DNA of 63,937 bases, filler included, from Octopus bimaculoides (GCF_001194135.2; 5 parts of 5 records of this genome joined end to end with filler, not necessarily neighbours in it), one strand, 5' to 3'. Shown: positions 26,431 through 40,450, counted from the first letter of the whole stretch. The notes: a model not told the origin generated them from the sequence alone. Translations and numbers: made by a program.

Positions 26431-27486
26431 GTTAGTTAATAATCTTATCCAAAAACCATAATTCCACTCTGTTTGGAATGGAGATAATCAATAATGGACA
26501 AAATCTCAAAGAACACCCAATGTTGCTTCATAAATAATGTCTGTAAGAACTAAATGTGATAAAAAAAAAAAAACAATACAAAAAGACAACAAAATAAAAG
26601 AACATCCTACAAATAAAAAAGAAAATAACTAGCAAGGAAAAGCACAAAACAGATGGGAGGAGGAGAGCAAAATATTAAGAAGAGTAAAATAGAAAATAAG
26701 AATGACAAAGAGAAAAAAAAACAATAAAATTACCAAAGAGTAAAAGACAAGAATGGCTTTGGAAGTTGTGCTTGTAGTTACAGTCGTGGAATACCTATGT
26801 AATCTCCATCCATCAAGGCTAATGCCAGGAGAGACCTCATACCAATTCCAGAGGCGGCTTAAGCAGAAGTAAATTTATTCATAGGCAACGGATGGTGTAA
26901 ATTATCACTTCAAATTGGGTATTTGTAACTAATTCATCATCAGCTGTAACCGACGTGTATGTAAATGAGAAGCTTTGAAATGATTGACTGAAACACTTGG
27001 TACAGGGACTGGCAGCGTCAACCCTATATTTCATTACTGCATTAAGACAAAGCACTATAAAGGCTCAATAATTCTCCAATATAGCTTTCTTTATTTTTAT
27101 TTGAGCTTAATGACGGTACTAAAAGAATACCTGAGAAAAATTTCATCATACTGTGTGTTCTGCTAACTAGAAAAATACAAAATATGATTATGCATATTCT
27201 GTTTGACTGATTTCATTGAGATATTCGGTAAATTAGGTTTTCTTTTTTATATTTTATTTGTTTTGGACATTGGGCTGCAGCCATGCTGGAGCACTGTCTT
27301 AAAGTATTTTAGTTGAATGAATCAACCCCAGTGCTTGTTTTTTTTTAAAGCCTGGTCCTTTTTCTATTGATCTCTTCTGCCGAACCACTAAGTTATGAGG
27401 ATGTAAATAAACAAACACTGGTTGTCCTGTGGTGGTAGATGACAAACACACACATATATATCGATATGTCCATAAATATATATATA

Positions 27487-28635
27487 CAGTAATCACTCAC
27501 CATATCGCGGTTCACCTATCATGCCCTCGTGGATTTTTCTGGCTAATATCATCATCATCGTTTAACGTCCATTTTCCATGCTAACATGGGTTCGACGGTT
27601 TGACCGGGTTCTGGGAAGCCAGGAGGCTGCACCAGGCTCTGGTCTGATCTGGCAGTGTTTCAACAGCTGGATGCCCTTCCTAATGCCAACCACTCTGTGA
27701 GTGTAGTGGGTGCTTTTTACGTGCCACCAGCACAGGGGCCAGGGGAAGCTGGCAACGGCCATGATCGGTTGGTGCTTTTATGTACACTAATATCGCAGAC
27801 TGCTCAGTATATTGTGGATTTCTGCAATTGATAGGTATTTATATTTTTTTAGATTTTAATTATGTCTGGGGTAAAATAAGAATTTTCACACCTAAACATT
27901 ACTAAATTAATAAATAAAAATACAGTGAAGTACTGCACTGTATAACATATTAATTAAAATATATTAAAAGAAAATGTGTAGTATACCATAGATGAGTAAA
28001 CAAAGAATTGCACATACTGTATGGAAAACGAAGCTCAGTAGCCAAGTGTGTGGTGTTGTTTTGCATTTGTGTGTAAAATAGTGAATTTATTTCAAGCCCT
28101 ACAATGGTACCCAAACTTTCTGCCCCTTCTAAGGGTTCTGGCAGTGAACCCAAGCACCAGAGGAAGATGCTTACTATAGCAGAAAGGATGAGACTCCTTG
28201 ACGTGCTTAAGGGAGGGAGAAGGTATGTGACCTATTACTAGAATGCTTCTCAACTCTAGTAAAAATGGCAAAAGAATTTCAGAGAATGGCAGAAGATTGG
28301 GATCCCCAGATGATTCTTGCATTACAGTTCAGAAATGCAATCAAAGGAGCCATGAAAGTTTACGAAACTGCCTGACACAGAAGAAAAGGCTGTGCCCAGC
28401 AACTGCCTATCATTGTTTTCTTCACCTGCCAAAAAAAAAGAGAAGACACGGGTACTCCTAAGAGTGTGTGGAGAGTTTATAAAAGCTTAAATATATAAGA
28501 ATAATAAAATAAATATATACAAATTAGAAAAATAATTAGAAAAATACACAATACAGTACTGTTTCTACTTCTTGGATTCTCACCTATCACAGGGGTTTTG
28601 GAATGTAACACCTGTGATAGTCGAGGGATTATTGT
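27487..28635 (+). mobile_element. Non-autonomous Tigger/pogo element with both TIRs and TA TSD
   Basis: TA|CAGTAATCACTCACCATATCGCGG and right-end reverse complement TA|CAATAATCCCTCGACTATCACAGG; N-terminus MVPKLSAPSKGSGSEPKHQRKMLTIAERMRLLDVLKGGRRY at 28104 fused out of frame to C-terminus MAKEFQRMAEDWDPQM..QQLPIIVFF. Confidence 0.9.
27551..27786 (-). mobile_element. RTE 3'UTR-derived insertion nested in Tigger, 8-bp TSD CTAATATC
   Basis: TSD at 27543-27550 and 27787-27794; sequence is the reverse of the 23600-23775 RTE tail. Confidence 0.85.
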
Positions 28636-28641
28636 ATGCAT

Positions 28642-28695
<54 letters not shown>

Positions 28696-29359
28696 GTATA
28701 TATATGATATATATATATTTATAATATATATATATATATACATATANNNNNNNNNNNNNNNNNNNNNNNNNNNNNNNNNNNNNNNNNNNNNNNNNNNNNN
28801 NNNNNNNNNNNNNNNNNNNNNNNNNNNNNNNNNNNNNNNNNNNNNNNNNNNNNNNNNNNNNNNNNNNNNNNNNNNNNNNNNNNNNNNNNNNNNNNNNNNN
28901 NNNNNNNNNNNNNNNNNNNNNNNNNNNNNNNNNNNNNNNNNNNNNNNNNNNNNNNNNNNNNNNNNNNNNNNNNNNNNNNNNNNNNNNNNNNNNNNNNNNN
29001 NNNNNNNNNNNNNNNNNNNNNNNNNNNNNNNNNNNNNNNNNNNNNNNNNNNNNNNNNNNNNNNNNNNNNNNNNNNNNNNNNNNNNNNNNNNNNNNNNNNN
29101 NNNNNNNNNNNNNNNNNNNNNNNNNNNNNNNNNNNNNNNNNNNNNNNNNNNNNNNNNNNNNNNNNNNNNNNNNNNNNNNNNNNNNNNNNNNNNNNNNNNN
29201 NNNNNNNNNNNNNNNNNNNNNNNNNNNNNNNNNNNNNNNNNNNNNNNNNNNNNNNNNNNNNNNNNNNNNNNNNNNNNNNNNNNNNNNNNNNNNNNNNNNN
29301 NNNNNNNNNNNNNNNNNNNNNNNNNNNNNNNNNNNNNNNNNNNNNNNNNNNNNNNNNNN

Positions 29360-29403
<44 letters not shown>

Positions 29404-29406
<3 letters not shown>

Positions 29407-30159
29407 GAAAGAAATGAAGCCAGTATGCTTTGCTGGATGCGCAATGTCAGTGTGCATGTTCGACAGAGTGTAGGCATATTGAGATAAAAATTGGGCATAA
29501 GAGGCATCAGATGTGTTGTGCACTGGTATGGTCATATGATGTGTATGGATAAGGACAGCTGTGTAAAGAAGTGCTGATCTCTAACTGTAGAGGGAAACTA
29601 TGATAGAGGTAAACTCAGGAATACATGGCATAAGGTGGTGAAGCATGATCTTTGAACTTTGGGCCTCACAGAGGCAATAACTAGTGACCAAGGCCTTTGT
29701 CAATATGCTGTGCTTGAGAAGACCTGTTAACACAAGGGATATTATAATTGTGGCTGATGCTGATGTCATGTAAATGGTACCCATACTGGTGACATGAAAA
29801 ATGCAACTTATGAGTGTTGGGCCTCATGGAGGCACATGGAAAGCTCCTTTTGAGTATTGGGCCTCATGGAGGCAATGATCAAGACCTTTGACATTATGTT
29901 GTGCTTGAGAAGAAGCCCCATCAAGCCAAGTAAAATTTCAGTTGTGGCAGATACCGGTGTCACACAAATGGGACCCATGCCAGTGGCACATAAAAGCACC
30001 CATTACACTCTCGGATTGGTTGGTGTTAGGAATGGCATCCAGCCATAAAAACCATGCCAAATCAGACTGGGGTCTGGTGCAGCCTTCCAGCTTGCCAGCC
30101 CTAGTCAGATTGCCTAACCCATGCTAGCATGAACTATAGATGCTAAATGATGATGATGA

Positions 30160-30160
<1 letters not shown>
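29404..30160 (+). mobile_element. RTE LINE 3' fragment (same family as 23151)
   Basis: Decayed RNEASMLCWMRNVSVHVRQSV..WYGHMMCMD..CVKKC..VVKHDL; (GAT)n tail. Confidence 0.88.
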
Positions 30161-30201
<41 letters not shown>

Positions 30202-31075
30202 GTTCATGAACTTGTGTTGCAAAATTCCTGATGTGAAGTTGTGTGTTGAAACAGATATTGTTGTATTTCAGGATGGTCATTTATTTATTTATTTTGTCAA
30301 ATAAAAACATGCACTATATATTCATTCTTCACTCTTTTATTACTGTTATTATTCTCTCTCATGTCCATTGTCTGGAAATGTTTCATCACACATCTGTGTA
30401 ACTTCCTCAGTGACACTTTCCTTCTTCATGTGTGCTCTTGCTCTGCTTAATCCATTTTTGTTTTAATTGTGACAAACCATGGAAAGTGGATGTACTGAGT
30501 CATGCCACTTAAGCCTGAAATTTGGTTTTCTGACTGCATCAAAAATGAGAAAGGCATTACATCTACCATTTAATCGAATTTTAAAATCTGGGTTTTATTC
30601 TTTCCTAAAGGAGGTAACTAGAAACTGCTACTGTGTATCGTTCCTTTTATTCTGTACAAGTGCCATAGCAAGTAATGTCCAAAAATAGATATGTTAAACC
30701 ATGGGATTAATCATTATCTCCCTTACATTAAATGTCCTCATTGAACACCACATGCAATTAATTTCCTTGTATTGACCAGACTACTGGATGTTGTTATATG
30801 CGTCTGATCACAATGCATTTCCTTGCATTGTTGTAGCTTTCAAATGATACCAATTAACAGGCTTGGTGGGCCAGCCAATATGCCCACGGAATAGGATGCT
30901 AATATGCCATAGCATTACCTATTTATAGCTGAACAGATTAGAGCAATGTGAAATTAAGGGTTTTGCTCAAGAACAAAGCACATCGCAGGCCTGGGAATGA
31001 AAACCACAAACTTGCAATCATGAGTTCACTAGGTCACACACCTCATACTGTTAATATAGATTTAGAATTTGAAAA

Positions 31076-31450
31076 TGGCCCAGTGGTTAGGGCAGTGGAC
31101 TTGCGGTCATAGGATCGCGGTTTCGATTCCCAGACCGGGCGTTGTGAGTGTTTATTGAGCGAAAACACCTAAAGCTCCACAAGGCTCTGGCAGGGGATGG
31201 TGGCAAACCCTGCTGTACTCTTTCACCACAACTTTCTCTCACTCTTACTTCCTGTTTCTGTTGTGCCTGTAATTCAAAAGGTCAGCCTTGTCACACTGTG
31301 TCACGCTGAATATCTCCGAGAACTACGTTAAGGGTACACGTGTCTGTGGAGTGCTCAGCCACTTGCACGTTAATTTCACGAGCAGGCTGTTCTATTGATC
31401 GGATCAACTGGAACCCTCAACGTCGTAAGTGACGGAGTGCCAACCACCAC
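31076..31450 (+). mobile_element. tRNA-derived SINE family D, 12-bp TSD AGAATTTGAAAA
   Basis: TSD at 31064-31075 and 31451-31462; A box TGGCCCAGTGG, B box GGTTTCGATTCC. Confidence 0.92.
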
Positions 31451-31689
31451 AGAATTTGAAAAATAAGCAAAAAAAAGACAGAAACTGAACTATTTTCTTT
31501 ATATCTATTACACTGGAAGTTGCATCTTTTAAATCATCTACATATGGTGTTAGGAATGCTAAACAATAATTTTGTTGCTTGAAAGAATTATCTATGACTG
31601 TATATAGCTTCTTTTTATTCTTGCATTGTTAATGTTTTTTTCATTGCAAAACAATTCATCAATAAAAAAAAATTCAAATGAACTTCTAG

Positions 31690-31770
31690 AAATTTTTTGA
31701 TGAAATATTCAAATATTATAACTTACAATTATCATTTCTTCAACTTGAAGAATACTTCAAAGCTTTATTA
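31690..31770 (+). CDS. Candidate coding exon (KFFDEIFKYYNLQLSFLQLEEYFKALL), phase 0-0
   Basis: Acceptor AACTTCTAG, donor TTA|GTAAGA, 81 nt open, in phase with the 26383 exon. Confidence 0.45.
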
Positions 31771-32088
31771 GTAAGATCTGTTGCAAAAGATAAAGCTCAG
31801 TCTCAGAAATAGCTTCTTTTGTTTAAGGACTGTGTGTGGATCTAGGCTGATTACAAAGATAGAAAGTTATTTCTTTAATCTTTTATCTTTTACTTGTGTC
31901 AGTCATTTGACTGAAGCTATGCTGGAGCACTTGCCTTGAAGGCTTTTAGCCAAACAAATTGATTCCAGGACTTATCTGTTTTAAAGCCTCGTACTTATTC
32001 TATTGGTTTCTTTTGCTGAACTCCTAATCACGCAGATATAAACACACTAAACCAATACTGGAGAAACACAGACAGAAAGACACTCATT

Positions 32089-32182
<94 letters not shown>

Positions 32183-32802
32183 TGAGTTTCTTTCAGTTTT
32201 CTACCACAAAATCCTCACACAAGGTTTTGGCTGGCCTGAGGCTATAGTAGAAGACACTTGCCAAAGGTACCATGCAGTAGGACTGAACCTAGAACTATGT
32301 GGCTGGGAAGCAAGCTTCTTACCATACAGCAATGCCTGTGTCCGATTGACAACAATTCTACACAATGTGTGGTATTAAATTCTAATTTGTAAATTTTGTT
32401 CCTGGCACTTTCTATTTTGTAAATCTTAAATGGTTCCACAGATAACAGTGGTAATAATCAAAATGATTGTATTATGAAAATAAGATCCTGTTTTCAGATT
32501 AACTTAGTAGAAATAGGCACAAAATAAAATCAACATATAACAGTTACAAAAAGAATGCATCTCCTTAAGTAAAGGCTCTATTTTTAGGCTCATATATACC
32601 TTCATGTTAAAATGCTTGCAATTAAGTAGGTTTCAATACCTTCAAAACATAAGTAATACTGCTATAGCAATATGAACTGTACGATCTAGTTCCCAATTGA
32701 ATTAAATAACCATGATCACATCTGCAAGACACAATGTCACTTATCTATGCAAGTACTAAAAACTGAATTCATGGATGCACACATGATATACATAAAAGAC
32801 AT

Positions 32803-33164
32803 GTAGAGGCACAATGGCCCAGTCGTTAGGACAGCGGACTTGCAGTCGTGGGATCACAGTTTCAATTCCCAGACTGGGCGTTGTGAGTGTTTATTGAGTG
32901 AAAACACCTAAAGCTCCATGAGGCTCTGGAAGGTGGCGAACCCTGCTGTACAACTTCTCTCACTCTTCTTTACTGTTTCTGTTGTACCTGTATTTCAAAG
33001 GGCCAGCTTTATCACACACAGTGTCATGCTGAATCTCTCCGAGAACTATGTTAAGGGTACATGTGTCTGTGGAGTGCTTAGCCATTTACATGTTAATTTC
33101 ATGAGCAGGCTGTTCCGTTGACCGGATCAACTGGAACCCGTGTCATTGTAACCGATGGTGTGCC
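32803..33164 (+). mobile_element. SINE family D, 13-bp TSD ACATAAAAGACAT
   Basis: TSD at 32790-32802 and 33165-33177; collinear with the 31076 copy. Confidence 0.92.
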
Positions 33165-33327
33165 ACATAAAAGACATAAGATACAGCTTGAAATGATGAC
33201 AAGAATTTGTAACATAAAAACACAGCATTAGTTGATTTATACTTACATTCACACACACTACCTACCTAGCTGTCTCTCTATCTATTGATCTGTCTGTCTG
33301 TCTACGCACGCACGCATGCACGCACGC

Positions 33328-33365
<38 letters not shown>

Positions 33366-33419
33366 TCATATATGGTGATGTGTGAATGCAAGGAAATGTG
33401 TATTCCTTTTGCCAATCAG

Positions 33420-33469
33420 GACTTCCTTGGAGTGGAAGGACAGAAGAATTATACAAAATAGTTTTAATG
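33420..33469 (+). CDS. Candidate coding exon (xLPWSGRTEELYKIVLM), phase 1-0
   Basis: Acceptor TATTCCTTTTGCCAATCAG, donor ATG|GTAATT; needs additional small exons to phase with its neighbours. Confidence 0.4.
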
Positions 33470-34833
33470 GTAATTTTGTGAAGTAGTACTATTAAGTCAG
33501 ATATCTTTATTTTCCTTTTTTTTTTTTTTAACATTTATTCTATTTACTTCCTTGTTCCAAAGCAGTTATTTTTAATTTCATTTCCCCTGACATTTTAAAC
33601 TCCATTCTTAAGCTCATAGTAGTACCTCACTTCTTTTGTAAGAAATACTGTTTCACGGTCGGTTGACTTCAGAACTTTTGTTATATTTAGAATAGATTTA
33701 ACTTTTATGTTGAGAATATGTGTGGTCTACGAAAAGAGATATCCTTGATGTGTAGACAATAAAGTATTATCTCTTAATGTCCTTTCTGCTCTTGTATAGA
33801 AACTGACTGATGATAAGTAATGTTGTTTTACAGCTACTTAATATCATTAGTGAGTTGCAATTCACTGAGTTGATACAGTGTTGATCTATGATCCAAATGA
33901 TTGAGGGTTTGTATTTTGTTAATACTACTCCAGTTTGTATCTGACAAAGATATTTCCCTGTGATCAGCTGTAAATAGGTCCACAGTTCCATACTAGAGAA
34001 TAAATGATATTTTCTAAGATCAAATCTCCCATAGTTTTATTTTGGAAAAGTATGAACTCCATCATATTGACTCTCTTGACATAAATACATTGCACCATCA
34101 TCATTTAACGTTCACTTTTCTATGCTAGCATGGGCCAGACAGAATTTATTGAGGCTACTTTTCAACAGCTGGGTGCCCTTCCTGTCACCAACCCTCACTT
34201 ATTTTCAAGCAACGTGTCACAGCTAGGTATGTTTCTCATGTATATAAATTGAGGAGATAATTATTGCAGATGCTGCTGCTGCCACCACCACTGCTACCAC
34301 CACTGCTACCACCACTGCCACTGCTACCATTGTAGCTCTTGTTTTGAATGAATATTTGAAACTTTTGGAGTGCCAAAACTGTTTAACACAAATAATCGTT
34401 GGGTCTTCCAAAATGCTTGATAATATAAAATGTAACTTCATGTTTATTTATGGTGTATCATATTTTCTGAACACTAGTATCATTGGTTGTGGGTTTCCAA
34501 TGGGTTAATTATTTGGTCATTGCATTTGTGATAGTGAGAGTAACAAGAAAGTACCCATCTGAGGTTAGGAACTACATCCATAAAAAAATTTTGTTTCAAT
34601 TTTCTTGCTGATGTTTATAAATAAATCTCAGGTACACACGTAAGTACAGAAGCCTTTTTTTTTATATTATGCATATATAAATGTAGGCACAGACATGGCT
34701 TAGTGGTTAAAAAGCTTGCTTCCCAAACAAGTGGTCTTGGGTTCAGTCCAGCTGCAAGTGTCTTCTACTATAGCCTTGGGCTGACCAAAGCCTTGTGAGT
34801 GGGTTTAGTAGAAAGAATCTGAAAGAAGCCTAT

Positions 34834-34868
<35 letters not shown>

Positions 34869-35304
34869 ATGCGTGTGTGTGTGTTCACATGCGCGCGCGT
34901 GCGTGTGTGTACTTATTTCAGCCATTGAACTGTAGCCAAAGCCTTTTGAGTAGATTTGATAGATGAAACTGAAAGAAGCACATGTATGTATAACTGTCAT
35001 TGTCTATCCTCATTTGTGTGTGGTTGTCAGCATAACCAGTGAGAAACAAAACTATGTTATTGAACTGTCTTTCAATCTCAAGTCAGCCTTGATTGAACAG
35101 AGCAATGCAATCTTAAAATTCAGTTGAATAATAATGGTGGGCTGCAATTTGCAGGTCTTTCATTATAGATATTTCAAGCCTTCACCTACATGTGGATTAA
35201 ACTCTGTACTTGGACATACAGTAGTTTTATTGTATAGTATGCAATCTGTATGTTGCTCAATATGTGTATGCACGTATATGCATACACCATTGTAGGCATG
35301 GCTG

Positions 35305-35722
35305 CAGGGCTGTATTAACTATTAAGCAAAATAAGCATGTATTTAGAGCATCAAGGGAAGGGGGACGTCATAGAAATGGTAAATGGTTTACAACACAAAA
35401 GAAATTACTTTAAACTTTCTAAAATAATATTCAAAGTGTTTTATATGATTAGAAATATAATTTCAAAATGTTCATGATGTCATGGTGAGGATCTGATCAA
35501 AGACTGTGCAATTAAAAAAAGTAGGAGAAAATTTTTCAAATATAAATAAAGTGGAATTATCCAAAAATAAACATTATTTTCCCAATTACTGTTTTGTTTC
35601 ATTTTGCAAAATAAAAATTTATTTTATGATTTGTAATTGTTTATATCCTGAGTTACATATATATGGGGGCACCAAATTCTTTTAAGTGCTTATGGCCCTC
35701 TATGAGTTTTTATCCAGCCCTG
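35305..35722. mobile_element. hAT-superfamily MITE with 8-bp TSD
   Basis: TIRs CAGGGCTGTATTAA and reverse complement CAGGGCTGGATAAA; flanks CATGGCTG and CATGGTTG (7/8 match). Confidence 0.85.
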
Positions 35723-36500
35723 CATGGTTGATTGGTTTAAATGTTCACTTTGCAGGCATGAAGTCCTGTGTTTTGACTCATTGTGCAACACCTTCCACCA
35801 AGGGTCCAGTTGTAGTGGCTTGTGTACCTCAATAATTCTGAATGTAATGTAGCAGAATGTAAACACCTGGTAGGTCCTCGTATGCTGGAGAGATCAAAGA
35901 ACAGAGGCTAATCTAATATCTTACAGAGGTAAAAATTGGCTCAGCACCTATTCATAGAAAAAAGTGAAGTTACAGAAGTATTAATGACAATTCAAAGCCA
36001 TCAAGAGCTGGAAGAGGCATGCCTTCCCTCATGGAAACATGTAGTGTGATGCAGCAAAATCTGAAAGAACATCCTGTATTACATGTTAGGCCCTGACCTA
36101 GAAAAGAGGCAGGAAAAAGGTTTGCCTAAATATAGCTGGAATGTGGGCACTGAAGCAAAGGTTAAAAAATGAAAAAGCAGGGATCCAACTGGAAAGAAGC
36201 AGAAATGACAGTTCATATTTGAGAACAATGGAGAGAAGTTGTCAATGGCCTATGGCCTATAAGGAGTGAAAAGCTTAAGTAGTAAGAGTGACACCTTGAG
36301 CAAATGCATTTTGCCATAGCCTTAGAAGGTACCAAACAGTTGAGTGAAATTCAGTAGATGGAAGATGTGGTTTCAGGTTCAGTGCCACAGTGCAACACCT
36401 TGCAAAAGTGTCTTCTATTATAGTCCTAGCTGATCAAAGCTTTGGGAGTGAATTTGGAAGGCAGAAACTTTGTAGAAACCAGTTGTATAATATATCTGCA

Positions 36501-36539
<39 letters not shown>

Positions 36540-37931
36540 TGTTGTGTCTGTTTGTCCCTCCCACCCCAAATCTTAGACAGCCGGTGTTGGCTCGTGTATG
36601 TTTGTATAACATAGAGATTCAGCAAAAGGAACTGATAGAATAAGTACCAGACTTTAAAGAAAAAATAAGTACTGACATCAATCTGTTTGAGTAAAACTCT
36701 TCACAGCATTGCCACAGCATGGACACAGTCGAGTGACTGAAACAGGTAAAAGAGAGAGATGCTTCAAATTGGATTTCTTTATAGGTAATATCTAAGTTAT
36801 AGTATTGTAACCCCATACACCATGCATCCCACCACACCTTTAATCAGAATATGTATTTTGTCAGTTTTAACTACTGACAAACACAAATCTTAATGTAAAC
36901 AAACACTTGAAAATAAGCACACATACAAATATGGCAACAGAGATTGATTCACTTTGAGAATTAGGCAGACATTGATACACAAACATCTGTATGCACTCTT
37001 ACTCACACACACACACACACACACACAGTTTCACCCATCATCCAATACATTCACACAACACATATGTATGTGCTTACAGTAAACAATTATCTAACAATAT
37101 ATTTTTCTTACTATCAATTAGCTAAAAATTGTTTTTTCTCTACTAAACAGTAAAATAGATAAATAAATAAATGAATAAATATATAAATAAACATAAATGA
37201 AAATTCTCAGAAATAATCTTTATCCAAATCTTTGCAAATGAAATCCTATGTAGCTATTAGATAAACCAACAACACTCACAAAAACAAAAACAAAAAAAAT
37301 CACAGTCATGGTAACAATAATATGAAAATGATAAAAAGATACAGAATAAAAAACACAAATATTGCATTATTGCTGAAAGGACTTTCTGACACAGCAATAA
37401 GATTTTCAATGCAATTACGGTTTAACTGTAGTTACTGAAGTAAACAAACCAACAAATAAATAATAACTTATTTCAAATTGTGTCACATGAGACATTAAAT
37501 CTCTAATTGTCATTTATTGCTTACTTGGTCATGAAATAATAGAACCTCACAGAGTTATTGGACTTTATGATTTTATTCTTTTATTCCTATTGAGAAAGAA
37601 TATTAAGGAACTGAATCATAGCTTTTGCAAACTAGTATATGAGAAAAGTTGAAGAATTCTTCATGATATGGTACAAAATTCTTTTACTTTTTATGTCATT
37701 ATGGAAATATTCAGTGATCACCAGACTATTTGCAATAACAATTTCATACATGAATGCATAAAGAAAGAGATTTTTCTTGGAATGGGAATGCATTTTATGC
37801 CAAAATTGTTTGTTGTCAGTATGGTAAAAGACAAAATAGCTTGTAATAAAGTCATAGGAAATATTTCTGTAAACATCATTTCATAGATGGTGTCTATATT
37901 GATAATAGGTAATATTTTGGTAATATTTCAG

Positions 37932-37974
37932 ATTGCAGTCTTGGTGAATGTAGCATTGAACTGCCTGATTACAG
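37932..37974 (+). CDS. Coding exon of unidentified host gene (xCSLGECSIELPDYR), phase 1-2
   Basis: Acceptor TAATATTTCAG, donor CAG|GTTAAT; terminal AG plus G of the next exon gives Arg and keeps the frame open. Confidence 0.7.
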
Positions 37975-39274
37975 GTTAATAAGTAAAGATAAAACAGTAG
38001 GGATCCTAATTTTCAGTAGAAAATAGAAATGAAAATGAGATTTTGCTGTAACACATTGTGAAATAGAGTATATAAAACAGATCTACCCTACTGATCAGCT
38101 ATAAATGGTTAGCTATTTTCAAAGCTGGAACTGGGAAAAAGAATGTCTATATTTTCTTGATTCGTTGACCATAATAGTGAAAACTAGCTCCGGTTTCATT
38201 ATTTGACTGGCTTATAATATTACAAGGATATTTCAGAAAAGTATTTCTCAAAATAAGGTAGCCCAAAATATTAAAAAAAAAAATGTAATCATTTATAGCA
38301 CTAATAAGAGAATATAGTATGGTAACATACATAAATACATACATACACAGAGATAAACAACAAAATAACATTTTTGGATTGTAATTTTTTTAAAATTCTA
38401 TACACCCAATTATCTATTTTTCAATTATCAACAATTGATTTATTCTAGCTATATTGTTTTGAGATCATCATATTTCCAGGCACTGAGTGAAAGGCATTGC
38501 TTAATAATTATTTCTAATATAGGTACAAGACTGAAGGTGGTGAGTTGGCAAAATTGTAACTGTACTGGAAAAATTGATTAGCAGTTCTTCTGACTTAACG
38601 TCCTGTGTTCAAATGCCACTGTGGTCGATTTTGAATTTCATCTTTCCAGTGTCAATAAAATAAGTATCAGTTAAGCACTAGGGTCGATGTAATTGACTTA
38701 CCTCTCCCCTAAAAGTGCTGGCCTTGTGCCAAAATTTGAAATCAATATAGGTACAAGTCTTGAAATGTTTTAAAGTGGGGGTTCTTTCATCTTTTACCTT
38801 TTCCTTGTGTCAGTCATTGGACTGTACTGAGGCACTACTTTAAGGGGTTTAGTCAAACAAATCAATCCCAAGTCATTTTTTAGAAACCTTTTATTCTATT
38901 CGTCTCTTTAACTGAACTACTAAATTATGGGGACATGAACAAACCAACACCAGTTGTCAAGCAATAATGAAGAACAAATACATAGACAAACATACATAGT
39001 CATATGTGTGTGTGTGTGTGTGTGTGTGTGTACATACATATATTGTTGTATTTTGGGATGGTCATTTTCTTTTCTTTTCACCAAATAAACACACACACTA
39101 TATATTTTTCTTCACTCATTTATTACTGTTCTTATTTTATTATTTTAACTCATGTCCATTGTCCAGAAATCTTTCCTCACACATCTGTGACCTCTTCAGT
39201 GACACTTTTCATTTTTGTGTGAGTTCTTGCCCCACTTACTCCATCCTGTTCTTCTCAGATGCCACTTAATAATA

Positions 39275-39492
39275 ATAAGGGTTTTCAAATTTTGCCACAA
39301 GGGTAGCAATTTTGGGAGAGGGGACTAGTGAATTACATTGACCCCAGTGTTTCACTGGTACCTAATTTATTGACCCCGAAAGGATGAAAAGCAAAGTCAA
39401 CCTCAGTGGAATTTGAACTCAGAATGTAGCGACTGGCAAAATACCCCTAAGCATTTCACTTGGCATGCTAAAAAATCTGTCAGCTCACCGCC

Positions 39493-39538
<46 letters not shown>

Positions 39539-40130
39539 TGATGATAATAATAATCCATCCTAAATTTGTTATAAGGCAAGCAGTTTTAGGGAAGGGCTAA
39601 AGTTAATTACTTCAACCTCAATGTCTAACTGGCACTAATTTTATCACCCTAGAAAGGCAAAGATGATTATGACAGCATTTGAACTTGGATCATAAGACTG
39701 GAAGAAATTTTGCGAAGCATTTTACCTGGTCTGGTAACCATTCTGCCAGCTCACCACCTTAATAGTAATAATGGTTTCAAATTTTGCCACAAGGGCAGCA
39801 ATTTTGGGGGAGGTTATGAGTCGATTACATTGACCCCAGTGTTCAACTGGTACTTATTTTATTGACCCCAAAAGGATGAAAGGCAAAATCGACCTCGGTG
39901 GAATTTGGACTCAGGACATAGCAACGGGTGAAATACCGCTAAGCATTTCATCCAGTGTGCTAACAATTCTGCCAGCTCGCCGCCTTTTCACCTTAATCCT
40001 ACTAATAAAAATAATAATTCCTTCTAATTTTGGCACTAGGCCAGCAAATTTGAAGGGAGGGAGAAGTTGATTACATTGCCTCCACCCCCTTCCCAGTGTG
40101 AAGAACCAGAAGAAATGCTGCTAAGCACTT
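39275..40130 (-). mobile_element. Head-to-tail cluster of about four SINE family C copies separated by (AAT)n
   Basis: Repeated AATTTTGCCACAAGGG ... GAATTTGAACTCAG ... CCAGCTCACCGCCTTAATAATAAT units near 39275, 39555, 39770, 40010. Confidence 0.85.
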
Positions 40131-40450
40131 TGTCCAACACACTATATACACAGTTGGTGTTAGCAAGGGTACCCAACCACAAAAACCATGCCAAAATGGA
40201 CAGTGAAGCTCAGTGCAGTCTTTTACCTAGCCAGCTTCTGTCAAACCATCCAACCTATACCAGCATGGAAAACGGACATGTGATGATGATGACGCACACA
40301 CACACACACATAATTTTGCCACCTTAAAAGTTTCTATAGTAATAATATTAACAGTATTATTAATATTAATAATACTGTTTAATATTAATAATATTAACAG
40401 TAATTATTAATATTAATAATCATGATGAAGATTACTTTTATTTTCTATAG

